NCBI GenBank assembly: GCA_977017645.1
Contig: OZ360220.1
Coordinates: forward strand, 157,914,001-157,978,000
DNA length: 64,000 nucleotides
Direction of reading: 5' to 3'
Origin: Torpedo marmorata
Taxonomy: Eukaryota
This document shows, in pieces, positions 36,559 to 47,842 of this stretch. Numbering within the stretch: the stretch's first letter is position 1; each line of letters begins with the position of its first letter. The notes under the pieces were generated by a model. It did no database searches and was not told where the DNA came from. It was given only the letters and a program-made list of their open reading frames with translations. Position numbers and translations under genes: made by a program.

Positions 36559-37896
36559 TGGAAAGGAGTGGCACCTTCAGAGAAGAGCAAAGCTGTGTCA
36601 ACGGGGCTGCATCATACCCTGCCTCATCCCAAGCTTCGGAATGCAGGCCAGGATGACATGGCTCTGGGTGTGAAGTCCATCATCAGTTCATCACCTGGAA
36701 GCATTCACTTTGGAAGTTTCTTCACGGTGATTGACGCAGAATCTTCGAACAGAGACACATCGTTACCCACCTCTGATGCTCCAGCGAGCGGCTCAGGAAA
36801 CATCACAATCCCACGGCCTCAAGGCAGGAAGTCTACAGAGAAGGGAATCAGGCTCCCCCCTCCGGTGGCTGTCTCTCGAGGAGTCAAACAACAGGCTTTT
36901 CCTGGGCTTGATCAAGTCTCGAGCGCATTGCAGGATAGCTCCAAACAAGATGCGTCTGGGTCCAGTGCTAGTGCAGTGCCCAATAGGTTACAGGAGCCCA
37001 CTGGTGCTGAGAAGAAACCCCCAATGTCAGACTTAAAATCATCATTGAATCTGAACACACAGTCTCCATTAAGTTCATGTCCCACTGATATTCTGAAACC
37101 TATCAAAATCAGCAAGGGAGTAGATAGCAGGAATGATCTGCTGAGTCTCTTGGATCCACTTAGTGCCCGTTCTGACCTTGACAGGCACCCATCTCCAGGT
37201 CTCAATGCCTCACTAGCATCTGCATTATCTCTTCCTGCAGCTCCCTTGGCTTTCGCTGCATCGGGAACTGATGTCAGAGTGAGTACTCCACCAGCTTCCT
37301 TACATTTCAGCCAGACCCTGGGGTTCTCAGCCCCTAGCCCGGCACCACTGGCGCATTTTCCCCAACCGCCGCCCTATGTGTATTCCCAAGCCATGCCGGT
37401 GGCTCTCCGTTTCCCTCAGCCTCAACCCCCCGCCACTCACTTTGCTTCTTCTGCAGCTCCTGCTTTGGTTCCGAAATTCTTGCCTTCGGCCCCGAGCTTC
37501 TTCAAGCCACAAATGCCCCACAGGAACTATTCAGCTCCTTCCCTGCATCACATGTACACTGCACCCAAGGCTCTGCCTCAGTCAGGGACGTTTAGTAAGG
37601 AAAGTACAATCTCCTCGACAAGCCTGGGTGGAATAAACTACACAAAAGCAGCTGGGAAAACCAGTGTAAGTGTAGCTGAGTCCAATTCAACTGGAGCCAG
37701 TGCAGGAAAAAAATTAGCTGAGCCACCACTGGTTCCACCAAAGCCTTCCAAAGGTCTTGAGCGAATTTCACAGCCATCCGATTCTGGAAAATCTGAAGAT
37801 CCATTTGCAGTCATGCTTAGCGCTACAAAGAAGGAAGCAGCAACATCACAAAGCAGAGTGGACCAGCTCAGGAAGAAGTGGGAGACTTTTGAATAA
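36559..37896 (+). CDS. DENND1A: DENND1A (connecdenn 1, Rab35 GEF) terminal coding exon, Pro/Ser-rich tail
   Basis: ctttgcag acceptor, phase 0. GQDDMA, GNITIPRPQGRK, LLSLLDPLS, PPLVPPKP, EDPF and C-terminal QLRKKWETFE match DENND1A. Convergent with CRB2 as in human. Confidence 0.96.
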   Translation, partial: WKGVAPSEKSKAVSTGLHHTLPHPKLRNAGQDDMALGVKSIISSSPGSIHFGSFFTVIDAESSNRDTSLPTSDAPASGSGNITIPRPQGRKSTEKGIRLPPPVAVSRGVKQQAFPGLDQVSSALQDSSKQDASGSSASAVPNRLQEPTGAEKKPPMSDLKSSLNLNTQSPLSSCPTDILKPIKISKGVDSRNDLLSLLDPLSARSDLDRHPSPGLNASLASALSLPAAPLAFAASGTDVRVSTPPASLHFSQTLGFSAPSPAPLAHFPQPPPYVYSQAMPVALRFPQPQPPATHFASSAAPALVPKFLPSAPSFFKPQMPHRNYSAPSLHHMYTAPKALPQSGTFSKESTISSTSLGGINYTKAAGKTSVSVAESNSTGASAGKKLAEPPLVPPKPSKGLERISQPSDSGKSEDPFAVMLSATKKEAATSQSRVDQLRKKWETFE

Positions 37897-40204
37897 CACT
37901 GACACAGAGTGGTCTATTGATAAGTGAAACACGTAACCTCCATACACTGTGGCCTTTGGATGTCACATACAAAACAAATCTCATTACAAGGGATACACTG
38001 TACAAGAGGTCATTCTGTGTGATTTCTGTAATAGCCATGAGCAGTGAATCTTTTATCCATGATAGTTGTGGTTAAGTATTGTTACATTATACCTGTATTT
38101 AAAACCTATGGCACTACATTTCTCATGACTACACATGGCTGCCCTATATGGTTATTTACTGTGACTTCTACATTTGCTTTCCTGTAAGAAACGCTCCTGA
38201 AAAGCTGCCGAATCTCAAAATGAGGTTGCCTTCTTTCTTTATTTTCGAATTTTGTTTCTTTGTATGCTCAATCGATGTGTACTTCACAGTCACCATTGGA
38301 GCAGATCACCGATACTTAGCACTGAGATTAAATAGTTATATCACATTAAGCCTGTGAAGTACCAAACCTTCAGTTGTCTGTATAGTTATTAATTTTGCTG
38401 TACCTTTCCATTGTAGAGTTCAATGCAGCAGTACTTTGACAGTTATATGGCTTATTATAAAATGAGTGCTATATGTAACTGAACATTCTTAATTTTCCTA
38501 CCACAACATCAGAGAGTAAAATCTGTGGCTCCTGAAACATGAACTTTTTTTGGAAGAGTTCATTATGACAAAGTATTGTGTATTTATTGTAATTGTGTAT
38601 GCAAAGGACACAAGGTAATCAGTGTTCAGCAGTATCATGCATTTCTCTTCCAGCTCGGTGAAGCTGCTTTAATTCAGTCTTGTTAGTAAAATATTTATAT
38701 TGGCTTTGCTGTGGGTTAAGTTCTTCATCAATGGATTAATAGATTTTTGAATTTAGATTTGTTAAAGAAGAATCCACAGCTCTATGTCTGACATCTCGTC
38801 ACCACTAGTGTTAATACTAACTAGCAACTTTGACTGAGTATTATAATGGTTGTCAGAACGTGCTCTGTGATCCAGCTGGAACAAGAATCCTTTTGCCGTT
38901 CTGTATCTGAGTTTGAGTAAGCTCACCCGTGTTACCACCCATGGTTAAAACACAAGCACCAATGCACCAGCAGCAAGATTCAAGTGAACCGTCTCAAATT
39001 ACTGCAAGTCTTCAAGAGATGCGTGGAGGCATCCTCAAACTTTTACCAGGTTTTTAATTCATTCAGATTACTTATTTTCCTTTCTTGATGCACTTCAGCG
39101 TGACTGTTCTCTGATTGGAGGAAAATGATGGTTTGATGCTTCCTCAGAATCCCGTGAAATGTGCTCCCTCATTGTCTTAAGCAGGTTTTATCCCATCCAG
39201 CTTCATCAGAGGAGCTTTACAATACATTGGCCTTACTTTAAAGCTACCTGGAAGAAAATCTGAAATAGTGTTCATTGGAAACTCTATATTTCTATGTAGC
39301 ATTCACATGATACCTTTGCAACTTTGAGTAGCGAATGTTTTTTAACGAGCTTGCGGCACTGCTTGTAGAGCTGTTTTTGTGTCTGCCCAGTATTCACTCA
39401 GTTAACATAAATTTGTGCTTTTGACATAATTCTGGTTATTCTTAGATGGTGCAGTGGTGTGAAAAAAAAGAATTGAACCACTAAATTTACGACACAAAGT
39501 TCATGGCAGATTTTACCTCAAAAATATATCTATTTCTCTAAAGTGCTGGACAAACCACATAATGTGGTTTAAAGAGACTGGCACTTCAAGATCTCCTTTG
39601 ATTTGTAACCCGTTTTACTCCTTATTTTATCTGGGGGGGGGGAATAAATTCCAGCTGCCCAAGTTTAAAATTTGTGGGTAAGAATGACTGCTTTCAGTTA
39701 TCAATATTGTATTTTTACTCAGTCATTGTACTCAATCAAAGACATTATCCAAAGTTCCACAGATGATTCTGAATCTGAGAATCAAGTGTTAAATTCATTA
39801 CATAAAAACTGCCATATATTTGTATGTGACTGACGTCTTTGCACTGTCATTGTTCTGTACTTTGGCCAATGTCAATCGGTTAAGGATTTCAGACATCATT
39901 TTGAGTAGATTCAAGTAATGTCTAATGTTTTCTGGGTGAAAGCGTAACTTGTTCATTTACCACATCTCTGATCCACTGGAGGTGTTTGCCTTCAGTCACT
40001 GACACTTGTGTAGAAGTTTTGAGATACCCTCTTTCCTTGTCATTCTCAAGGCAGTGAACTTCCAAAAGAATCAGAATCAGAATTTATTGTCATGAACAAG
40101 TCATGAAATTCGATGAAAAAGGATGAGGTGACCTAGGTGTGGGTGTGCAGCGCGCACATGAGCTAACTGCTGCTTGTGTGAGAGTAATGTGTTTGATGAC
40201 TCTC

Positions 40205-40400
40205 CTACATTCATCACCCTCTCACTATCCTATTTCAACTCACACACACTTACACACTCACTCACATTCACTCTCACACACTCAATCACATTCACTCTCA
40301 CACACTCTCACATTCAGTCTCACGCTCACACTCTCTTGCAATCATACTCACTCATACACACACTCACATTCTCTCACTCATCCTCGCAAACACACCTACA
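40205..40400. repeat. Degenerate (CACACT/CACATT)n repeat in the probable DENND1A 3' UTR
   Basis: Read directly. Confidence 0.85.
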
Positions 40401-40605
40401 GTTTTGATTCTGTGAGGGGCAAACTAAATGAGATCACTGATAGAAAAAACACTGCAAAATAAATGCAATTAACATTTTTCAGTATATAGTGTATGTTTGT
40501 GCTCCATAAATAATGTTTTTGATGTTTTTTTTACAGTTTTAAGAGGTACTTTTTATTTTCCACCATGATAAAAATATTCATTTTTAAATGTTGTGCAATC
40601 CACTC

Positions 40606-40611
40606 AATAAA
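40606..40611 (+). terminator. Candidate DENND1A polyadenylation signal AATAAA (3' UTR about 2.7 kb)
   Basis: AATAAA after a U-rich stretch. Other hexamers exist (e.g. near 39643), so the site is uncertain. Confidence 0.45.
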
Positions 40612-40752
40612 CTTGAAGTGCTTCATTTTAAATATCTAATATGGGATTTTGGGCAGCTTTAATCATTGTTAATTTGAGATAGAGGGCTCATACCAATAGT
40701 TGGAAAATAAGACACAGAACTCCAAGACAAACATGCGGATTATGATGATTTG

Positions 40753-40899
40753 TTTTGCAGCTGGTGTTCCACGCTGCACGTTTTGCAGCTGGTGTTCCAC
40801 GCTGCACGTTTTGCAGCTGGTGTTCCACGCTGCACGTTTTGCAGCTGGTGTTCCACGCTGCACGTTTTGCAGCTGGTGTTCCACGCTGCATGTTTTGCA
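40753..40899. repeat. 28-bp tandem repeat, 5 copies plus partial (ttttgcagctggtgttccacgctgcacg)
   Basis: Four identical copies, a fifth with one substitution, no spacers. Confidence 0.97.
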
Positions 40900-43628
40900 C
40901 TGGAAGAAACTGGGAAACAACCAATGATAACAATGGGAAGTGGCTTCATTGGAATCGATACTCTGCAACTGTCGGACTAGCTTGTCCTTACTGCCAAAGT
41001 TTCATCTTTATTATTAGCACATTATATAGTATTGAAATTTTGCTCAGTTTTAAGCTTATCAAATTTTATTGTTAAATGACTGTCGTGGCACCACTTAAAT
41101 TTTTCATAAAACCACAAATGCACATTAGTATTTGTTCCTATTCACAAACTCTTGATGTCTTTACCCTCACAAAATAAACAAGTTTCCAGATATGTAATTA
41201 GTTTCAAGCAGCCTTTGTGTGTGTCTTTAAACATGCTTTAGCTCTATAGATGCAAAATTTACTTGTTTTTAATTACTATTACATTCTAAGTAATTAATTC
41301 ATTGCTTTAGAAAATTGAGCTTAATGAGTCAGTGATATGATATTGCAGTAACCTTTGACGAGCTGTAATACACACACTTACTGCGAATTGTGATACTTTA
41401 TTAATGTGCCTCGAACTCTTCTGAATGTAAAATAGTGTGAGAGACTGAAGCTGAGGTAGTGCACAAAGCAGCATTAATGTTACTGAATCCGTTGGATTTA
41501 TCACTCTGTCACGACAGCAATTCCTCACTATGGTAATACCTATCCTTGGCTTTGTATAATATGATGACAGGATTCCTGTTAACGCTTACGCATTGCTTTT
41601 TACAACTTGGCTAAATAAAAGCTGCTAAGTATGTGTACTAAGTTCCTGGTTATATTGTGAAAGTGTGTCATTACCAGCAGTGATCGTCAGGTATGCAGTT
41701 TTGTTCTATGCATCTATTTCTAGTTTAATATATTTGTCACTAATATTGTGATTGTGTTCTACGTATTACATTTTATGGTGTGTGTCAATTCTCCCATTAA
41801 GGGTTTACTTGATGTTTTGAGTAACAGCAACACAGATTTAGTATGTGGCCACAAAAGTTTTTCCACTGAGCTTTAATCTAGACTATCCACAGATATAAGT
41901 ATATACATAGTGAATTTCAAAGGAGGTTGACATTAAGCAATAGCTATTAAGTGTTTATTTTAATTGCAATAATAGTACGTCTAGTATTTGGAACCAAGGC
42001 CCCAGTGACACTTTAATCTTAATAACTGATATCAACAAGTATTATGGAAGGCCATGGTTTATGTATTTGGAGATTTTTTTATTTTGTTGCAGAATTTTAT
42101 TGACATTATAATTTTCAGTCAGATGTTTAAAAACAATTCATGAAGAAATATAAAATTCAGACATGTTCCCACATACTTTGCCACATAAAAGAAATGTTGT
42201 TTAAAAAATATAAAAGGGAGGTTTATGTAAGTGTTACCATGCTTTTAACCCCAGGGCTTTTCCCATGGCTGCTTTCCAAAGTTGGTTGAAACAGAGGTTT
42301 ATTCATTTCTATTTCCAAAGACATTGTTTAGTTTCTGAAACAAATATGGAATCAAAGTATATAGATAATGGTTCACTGCACACTTTACATGCCTAGCTCA
42401 GAGGAGGCAGGTGAGAGAGTCAGTCCATTATTGTTTGTGTTCTGTTATCGATTATCACTCATACGACTGTAAACAAATGATTTTGTCATTAATATGGTGA
42501 AATGGAATTGTAAACTGAGAGTGATGCTGAGGGACTTGAAAGTAATAAAAGTCATGATTCTCATGTATAAATCCTGAAGTTTTGTTATCAATTGCTTATC
42601 AGTGATCTGGTGCAGAAGCTAAATGCCTCAGTTAACATCAATCTTCAAATATATTGTAACACAAACACATATATTATGCTTACAGCAGTCCTGTAAGTTC
42701 AGAATGGCATTGCAACCCCACACGTTAGTCCCTGAAGTTCAGTGAAGAATGCTCATCAACAAAATAATGTTACAAGGTTATTTTCTGCAAAGTTGTCAAA
42801 ATATGCACTGAAATAGCTTGATGAGCAAAAGCAGAAAGTGAATTCTCACAGGCGGAAAGGAAAAAGTGCCAATAGCAAGTGTTTAAAAATGCAGATTTCA
42901 AAACATTCCATATTTGTAGGTAAGTGTTTTTAGAATTTGAGTAATCCCATTTAATTTGCCATGATTTCTGGGAACAAAGATTCACCTTTCACACCATCAC
43001 AAGCATTTTGTGGTCAGTGAAGAGATGTGTTGTTGAATCTGTGGCATAGGGAAACAGCTCTCACAAATGACCTGATCTATGGAGTGAGACAGCCTTTCTA
43101 CCTGATAGGTGATTAAGTTATATATTGAGCCACAGCTGACATACAAGTAGATCAATCAAACTTGAACAGTGTTGAAAGTCTCATGGCCCTGTCAGTTGGG
43201 TCAGACGGAGTGCGAATACGGATGTGATCCCACAGCATCAACATTTTTCTTATGAACCAACTTCACACCACTGTTATCGTCAAACTACATCTGTGCACTT
43301 TGGAAAGCAGTTGATGGATAATAACATTCAGACTACAGTTAGGGACAAGTGAGTTCAAACTGGAATACTAAGATCCCTAGTTCTCCCATGGTAAGTCGTG
43401 ATTTTACCATCCTTCCTTGGTCCTGGAGTTAATTAGCAGCGAGTGTTCTTTATACTGTTGCTCTTATGCCAACAGCAAAAAGTGGAAGTCATACTGTGCA
43501 ATGAAAGAGTTAGTAACAGAAACACAAGAACTACTGATGCTGAAATCTTGAGCAAACGATGTGGGAGGGACAGCCGGTCAGGCAGCATCCATGGAAGAGA
43601 AATGGTCCGTCAATGGTTCAGATCAGGA

Positions 43629-43873
43629 AAACATGAAAGTGCAGACACCGTGGTTGAAGTAAAAACACAACGCTGGAGAACTCAACAGGTCAAACAGTGT
43701 ACTTTATATAGCAAAGATAAAGATACATAGCCAACATTTCGGGCTTGAGCCCTTCATCAAGCCCTTCACCTTGATGAAGGGCTCAAGCCTGAAACGTTGG
43801 TTATGTATCTTTATCTTTGCTATATAAAGTACTCTGTTTGACCTGCTGAGTTTCTCCAGTGTTGTGTTTTTAC
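43629..43873. mobile_element. Palindromic Penelope-derived insertion nested in an older copy
   Basis: Arms 43655-43761 and 43770-43877 with an 8-nt loop; flanking direct repeat (ttca)gatcagga at 43617-43628 and 43874-43885. Confidence 0.9.
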
Positions 43874-44059
43874 TTCAGATCAGGACCATTTTTCTTCATA
43901 ATCTTCTTTGAAGGGAGAACGACCAAAATATGGAATAATATTGCATTATATTTAAAAGTGATGTATTTCATTGTCAAACCAGATCAAAACAAAGGACACT
44001 GAATGTATGATGGGCAGGTTAGCTGGGGTAGAGCAGGAAACTAAATTAAAGGGGATATT

Positions 44060-45025
44060 CTGTAAAGGATGTCCAGTCCTTAAAAACAGCAGGAAATGGC
44101 CATCAATGGGTTACAGGAGAAATTGAAGAGAGTATTAAATGTAAGGAATAGTCATATATAATTGTGAGATAAAGCTCTGAATGTGAGAATTTGGAGAGCT
44201 TTTGGATTCAGAAATAGATGATCAAGAAATAGATAAAAATAGAGAAACTAGAATACAAGACCAAGCTGGCAGGAAACATAAAACAGAATGCAACTTTTAA
44301 GAAAAAAATGGATGGATGCTTGGATAAGATGGGTTTAGAGGGATATTGTCCAAACACAGCCAGGTGGGACTAGTATGGGCGGGACATTTAGGTCAGAGTC
44401 GGCAAGTTGGGCCGAAGGACCTGTTTCTATACTATAGACTCTATGACTTACAACTTCCATGGATAGAAGGAAAAGGCAAGTAAAGGCAAATGCAATGGCA
44501 CACAGGAAACATCTACCGACCTGTTATTCAGTGGCAGGGAAAATGCTGGTTTCGCTAATAAATAATGAGATTCAAATTACTTAGAAAATATTAATCTGAT
44601 TGAGCAGAGTCAACATGGATCTAGAAAAGGGAAATCACATTTGACTAATCAGTTGGAATATCTCAAATTATTTTGAAATTGTACCTACCAGAACACATCA
44701 AGGAAAACCAGTGGATGTATGTATTTGCATTTTCAGAAGGTTTTCATTAAGGTCTCAAGTAGGAGGGCAGTGTACACAGTTGGAGTATGTAGAATTGGAG
44801 TAATATACTCCTGTGGACTGAGAGTTGGTTAACAGGAAATAAACAGTGGGAATGAATGGGTCCTCAGGTTGATAGGGTGTGTGTAATGGAGTACTACAGG
44901 AATCTGAAGTTAGGCTCCAACTGCTCACAATCTTTTTCAACAATTTGGCTGAGGGGATCAAAAGTAACATTTTCTAAGATTGTTTCCAACACAAAATCAA
45001 ATGGAAATGTTGGTAGTGATGAGGC
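44060..45025 (+). mobile_element. Old CR1 LINE remnants
   Basis: Decayed SQHG..KGKSHLTN and YLxFQKxF coding motifs; a CR1 tail at about 44290-44450. Confidence 0.65.
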
Positions 45026-45029
45026 AAGG

Positions 45030-45530
45030 CCTTCCCATCAACCTCCCATTCACCTCTTTTGTCCCCCTTCCCCTCCTGCTTCCACCCAGCCACTGCCCAC
45101 TCCCCCACTGCTTCCATCTGTCCTTCACCTCTCCCTAATAGTTACCAATATCACCTTGCTTACTGGATTCCTGCACTGGTAGCTTTAGTGTTCCTGCTTC
45201 TTACTCTCCTCTCCCCCACCCAGCTACATCTGCCCCCTTTTTATCATTCCTGTTTTCTCTCTGTTTATTTGCCACCAATCACTCAGCTGACTCTGCCTCC
45301 CTGATCCGCCTCCCCACTCCACCCCCTCCTCTCCCACCTGGCTTCTGTCCATCATTCCATCCCTCCTTGATCCACTGACTCCTGCTTCACCCCTCCCCCT
45401 CTCCACTTTATACTGCCTAGCTTCACATTGAGTCCAGATGCAGGGACTTGACCCGAAACGTTGACTCTTCATTTCCCTCCATCGATGCTGCCTGACCCAC
45501 TGAGTCCCTCCAGAAACCTGTGTCTCCTGT
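45030..45530 (+). mobile_element. Penelope-derived 3' fragment
   Basis: Pyrimidine-rich body, then gatgcagggacttgacccgaaacgttgac and gatgctgcctgacccactgagt. Confidence 0.7.
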
Positions 45531-45974
45531 TGTTCATCCATGAAGCCCATCCATGTAAATACTTCATCCAAAGACTGTGTCCAAGCGGGGGTCAGAGATT
45601 ACACTATTCAATGCTGCAGTGTGCTGTTCATTTTTGGAGGCTCCATTAATGAATTGAATAGTCTGCACTTGCTCAAGGGTTTCTGATATATTTCCTGTGC
45701 TCATCAATGTGAAGCGTGTCACTGTCGAAGAAGAGGATCCCCCCCCCCAGTTCTTGCTTCCACCACCCCTATCAAGTTTAAAATGTCAGCTGTGGTATAA
45801 GATTGATAGTTCCTGTGTCAAAAACCACAAGAGCTGTGGAACAGCTTCATCTTGTCAAAGTTGTAAAGTTTTAATCAATCCTTAAATGCATCTGATGATC
45901 AGAAACACTTCAAATCTAATAAAATTGAAATTCATAATTAATAACATTCAAAAGAATAATTATGAATAGACAAT

Positions 45975-46335
45975 TGTTTATTGTCATGTGTACCAAGATA
46001 CAATGAAGTTTTGTTTAGTGTGTTATCCATGCAAGTCAACCTCGGCTCAAGCACAGCAGGTAGTGCAATAATAAAACAAAGTGCAGGGTGTAGTGTTGCA
46101 CAAAGTCAAAGAGGGCAGGGTGTGGAGTTCAAACAGTGCAAGAGCATCATTTGTTACCCATGAGAGGTCCATTTAAGAGTCTGATAACAGCAGGAAAGAA
46201 ACTCGCCTTCATTCTGAAGGTTTATGTTTTCAAGCATGTGTACCTTCTGCCTTATGGAAGGAGGGAGAGTGACCAGGGTGGGGCAGGTTGGCAGCTTTCT
46301 CGGGACTGAGGGAGAGGCAGATGGGGTTGATGAAA
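45975..46335 (-). mobile_element. Degenerate Rex1-like 3' remnant
   Basis: tttattgtca 3' end and similarity in layout to the 7620-7980 region. Confidence 0.5.
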
Positions 46336-46446
46336 TATTTAGAAATAACTGAAAACACTAAATAAAATAACTTTTAAAATTACTTTTTACCCTTTTCCTT
46401 AGTCCTGCAATCCCCACTGACCACATTAGAATGGGTACAAGGTACT

Positions 46447-47842
46447 CATCTCTTCCTCCGTTATATCGACAACTACATCGGGGCTGCCTCATGCACCCGC
46501 GATGAGCTTGTCAACTTCATCCACTTCGCAACCAACTTCCACCACGATCTCAAACTCACCTGGTCCATCTCCGATACACTCTCCCCTTCCTGGATCTCTC
46601 TGTCTCCATCTCAGGAGACAAGCTTTCCACCGACATTTACTACAAACCCTCCAACTCCCACAACTATCTGGACTACACATCCTCACACCCTGTCCCCTGC
46701 AAGGATTCCATCCCCTTCTCTTAATTTCTCCGCCTCTGCCGCATCTGTTCCCAAGATGAGGTGTTCCAGTCCAGATCTTCTGAAATGTCTGCTTTTTTCC
46801 ACAAACGTGGCTTCCCCTCCACCACCATAAACTCAGCCCTCACCCGCATCTCCTCCATTTCCCGCTCATCTGCCCTGGCCCCCTCTGCCCCCAGACGCAA
46901 CAAACATAGAATCCCCCTCATCCTCACCTACCACCCCGCCAGCCTCCGCATCCAACACATTATCTGCCGGAATTTCCGGCACTTACTACAGGATCCCACC
47001 ACCAGACACATTTTTCCTTCTCCCCTCTCGGCCTTCCGTAGGGACTGCTCCCTCCGCAATTCACTCGTGCACTCATCCCTCCCCACCCATCGCACCCCCG
47101 GCACCTTCCCCTGTGCCCGCAGGAGGTGCAACACCTGCGCCCACACCTCCCCCCTCACCACGGTCCAGGGCCCCAAACAGGCCTTCCAAGTGAAACTACA
47201 CTTCACTTGTACATCCAGATAACTTATTTACTGCATCTGGTGCTCCCTTTGTGGCTTTCTCTACATCAGAGAGACCGGTCGTAGATTGGGAGACCGCTTT
47301 GCTGAGCACCTCCTCTCCGTCCGAAACAGCGACCTCCCAGTAGCCAACCATTTCAATTCCGGGTCACACTCCCACACTCACATGTCTGTCCATGGCCTTA
47401 TGTACTATCCCACCCAGACTACCCGCAAATTGGAGGAACAACATCTTATTTTCCGTCTGGGCACTCTCCAGCCAGGTGGCATTAACATTGACTTTTCTGC
47501 TTTCCACTAAACCTGCTTATTGTTCCCTTCCCCTCCCCCCTCACCTGTCCTTCCTGTTTTTCTCCACCTACCCAGCCATCCCTCCTCCCCCTCTTTGCTG
47601 CTGTCCCCTCCCTCCTTTCTCCACCTATCATCTCCTGCCTTTGCCAACCCCTTCCCCCTCACTCTTTTGTTCGGACGCCTGCCGACATTTTCTCATACTT
47701 TGATGAAGGGCTCAAGCCCGAAATGTCGGTTATGTATTTCTACCTTTGCTACATAAAAGACACTGTTTGACCTGCTGAGTTTCTCCAGCATTTGTGTTTT
47801 TTACTTCAACCACGGTGTCTACAGATTTTCGTGTTTTACGTT
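46447..47842 (+). mobile_element. Penelope-like element (RT to GIY-YIG), 5'-truncated, with 15-bp TSD
   Basis: TSD tgggtacaaggtact at 46432-46446 and 47843-47857. FLRYIDNYIG (RT motif C), YKPSNSHNYLDYTSSHP, TFPCARRRCNTC, LIYCIWCSLCGFLYIRETGRRLGDRFAEH; hammerhead-like motif near 47700-47728. Confidence 0.93.

Noticed and set aside
40753-40899. CRISPR-like array, and ORFs in several frames
   Set aside because: Repeats are contiguous with no spacers, in vertebrate DNA. The ORFs arise from a stop-free repeat unit.
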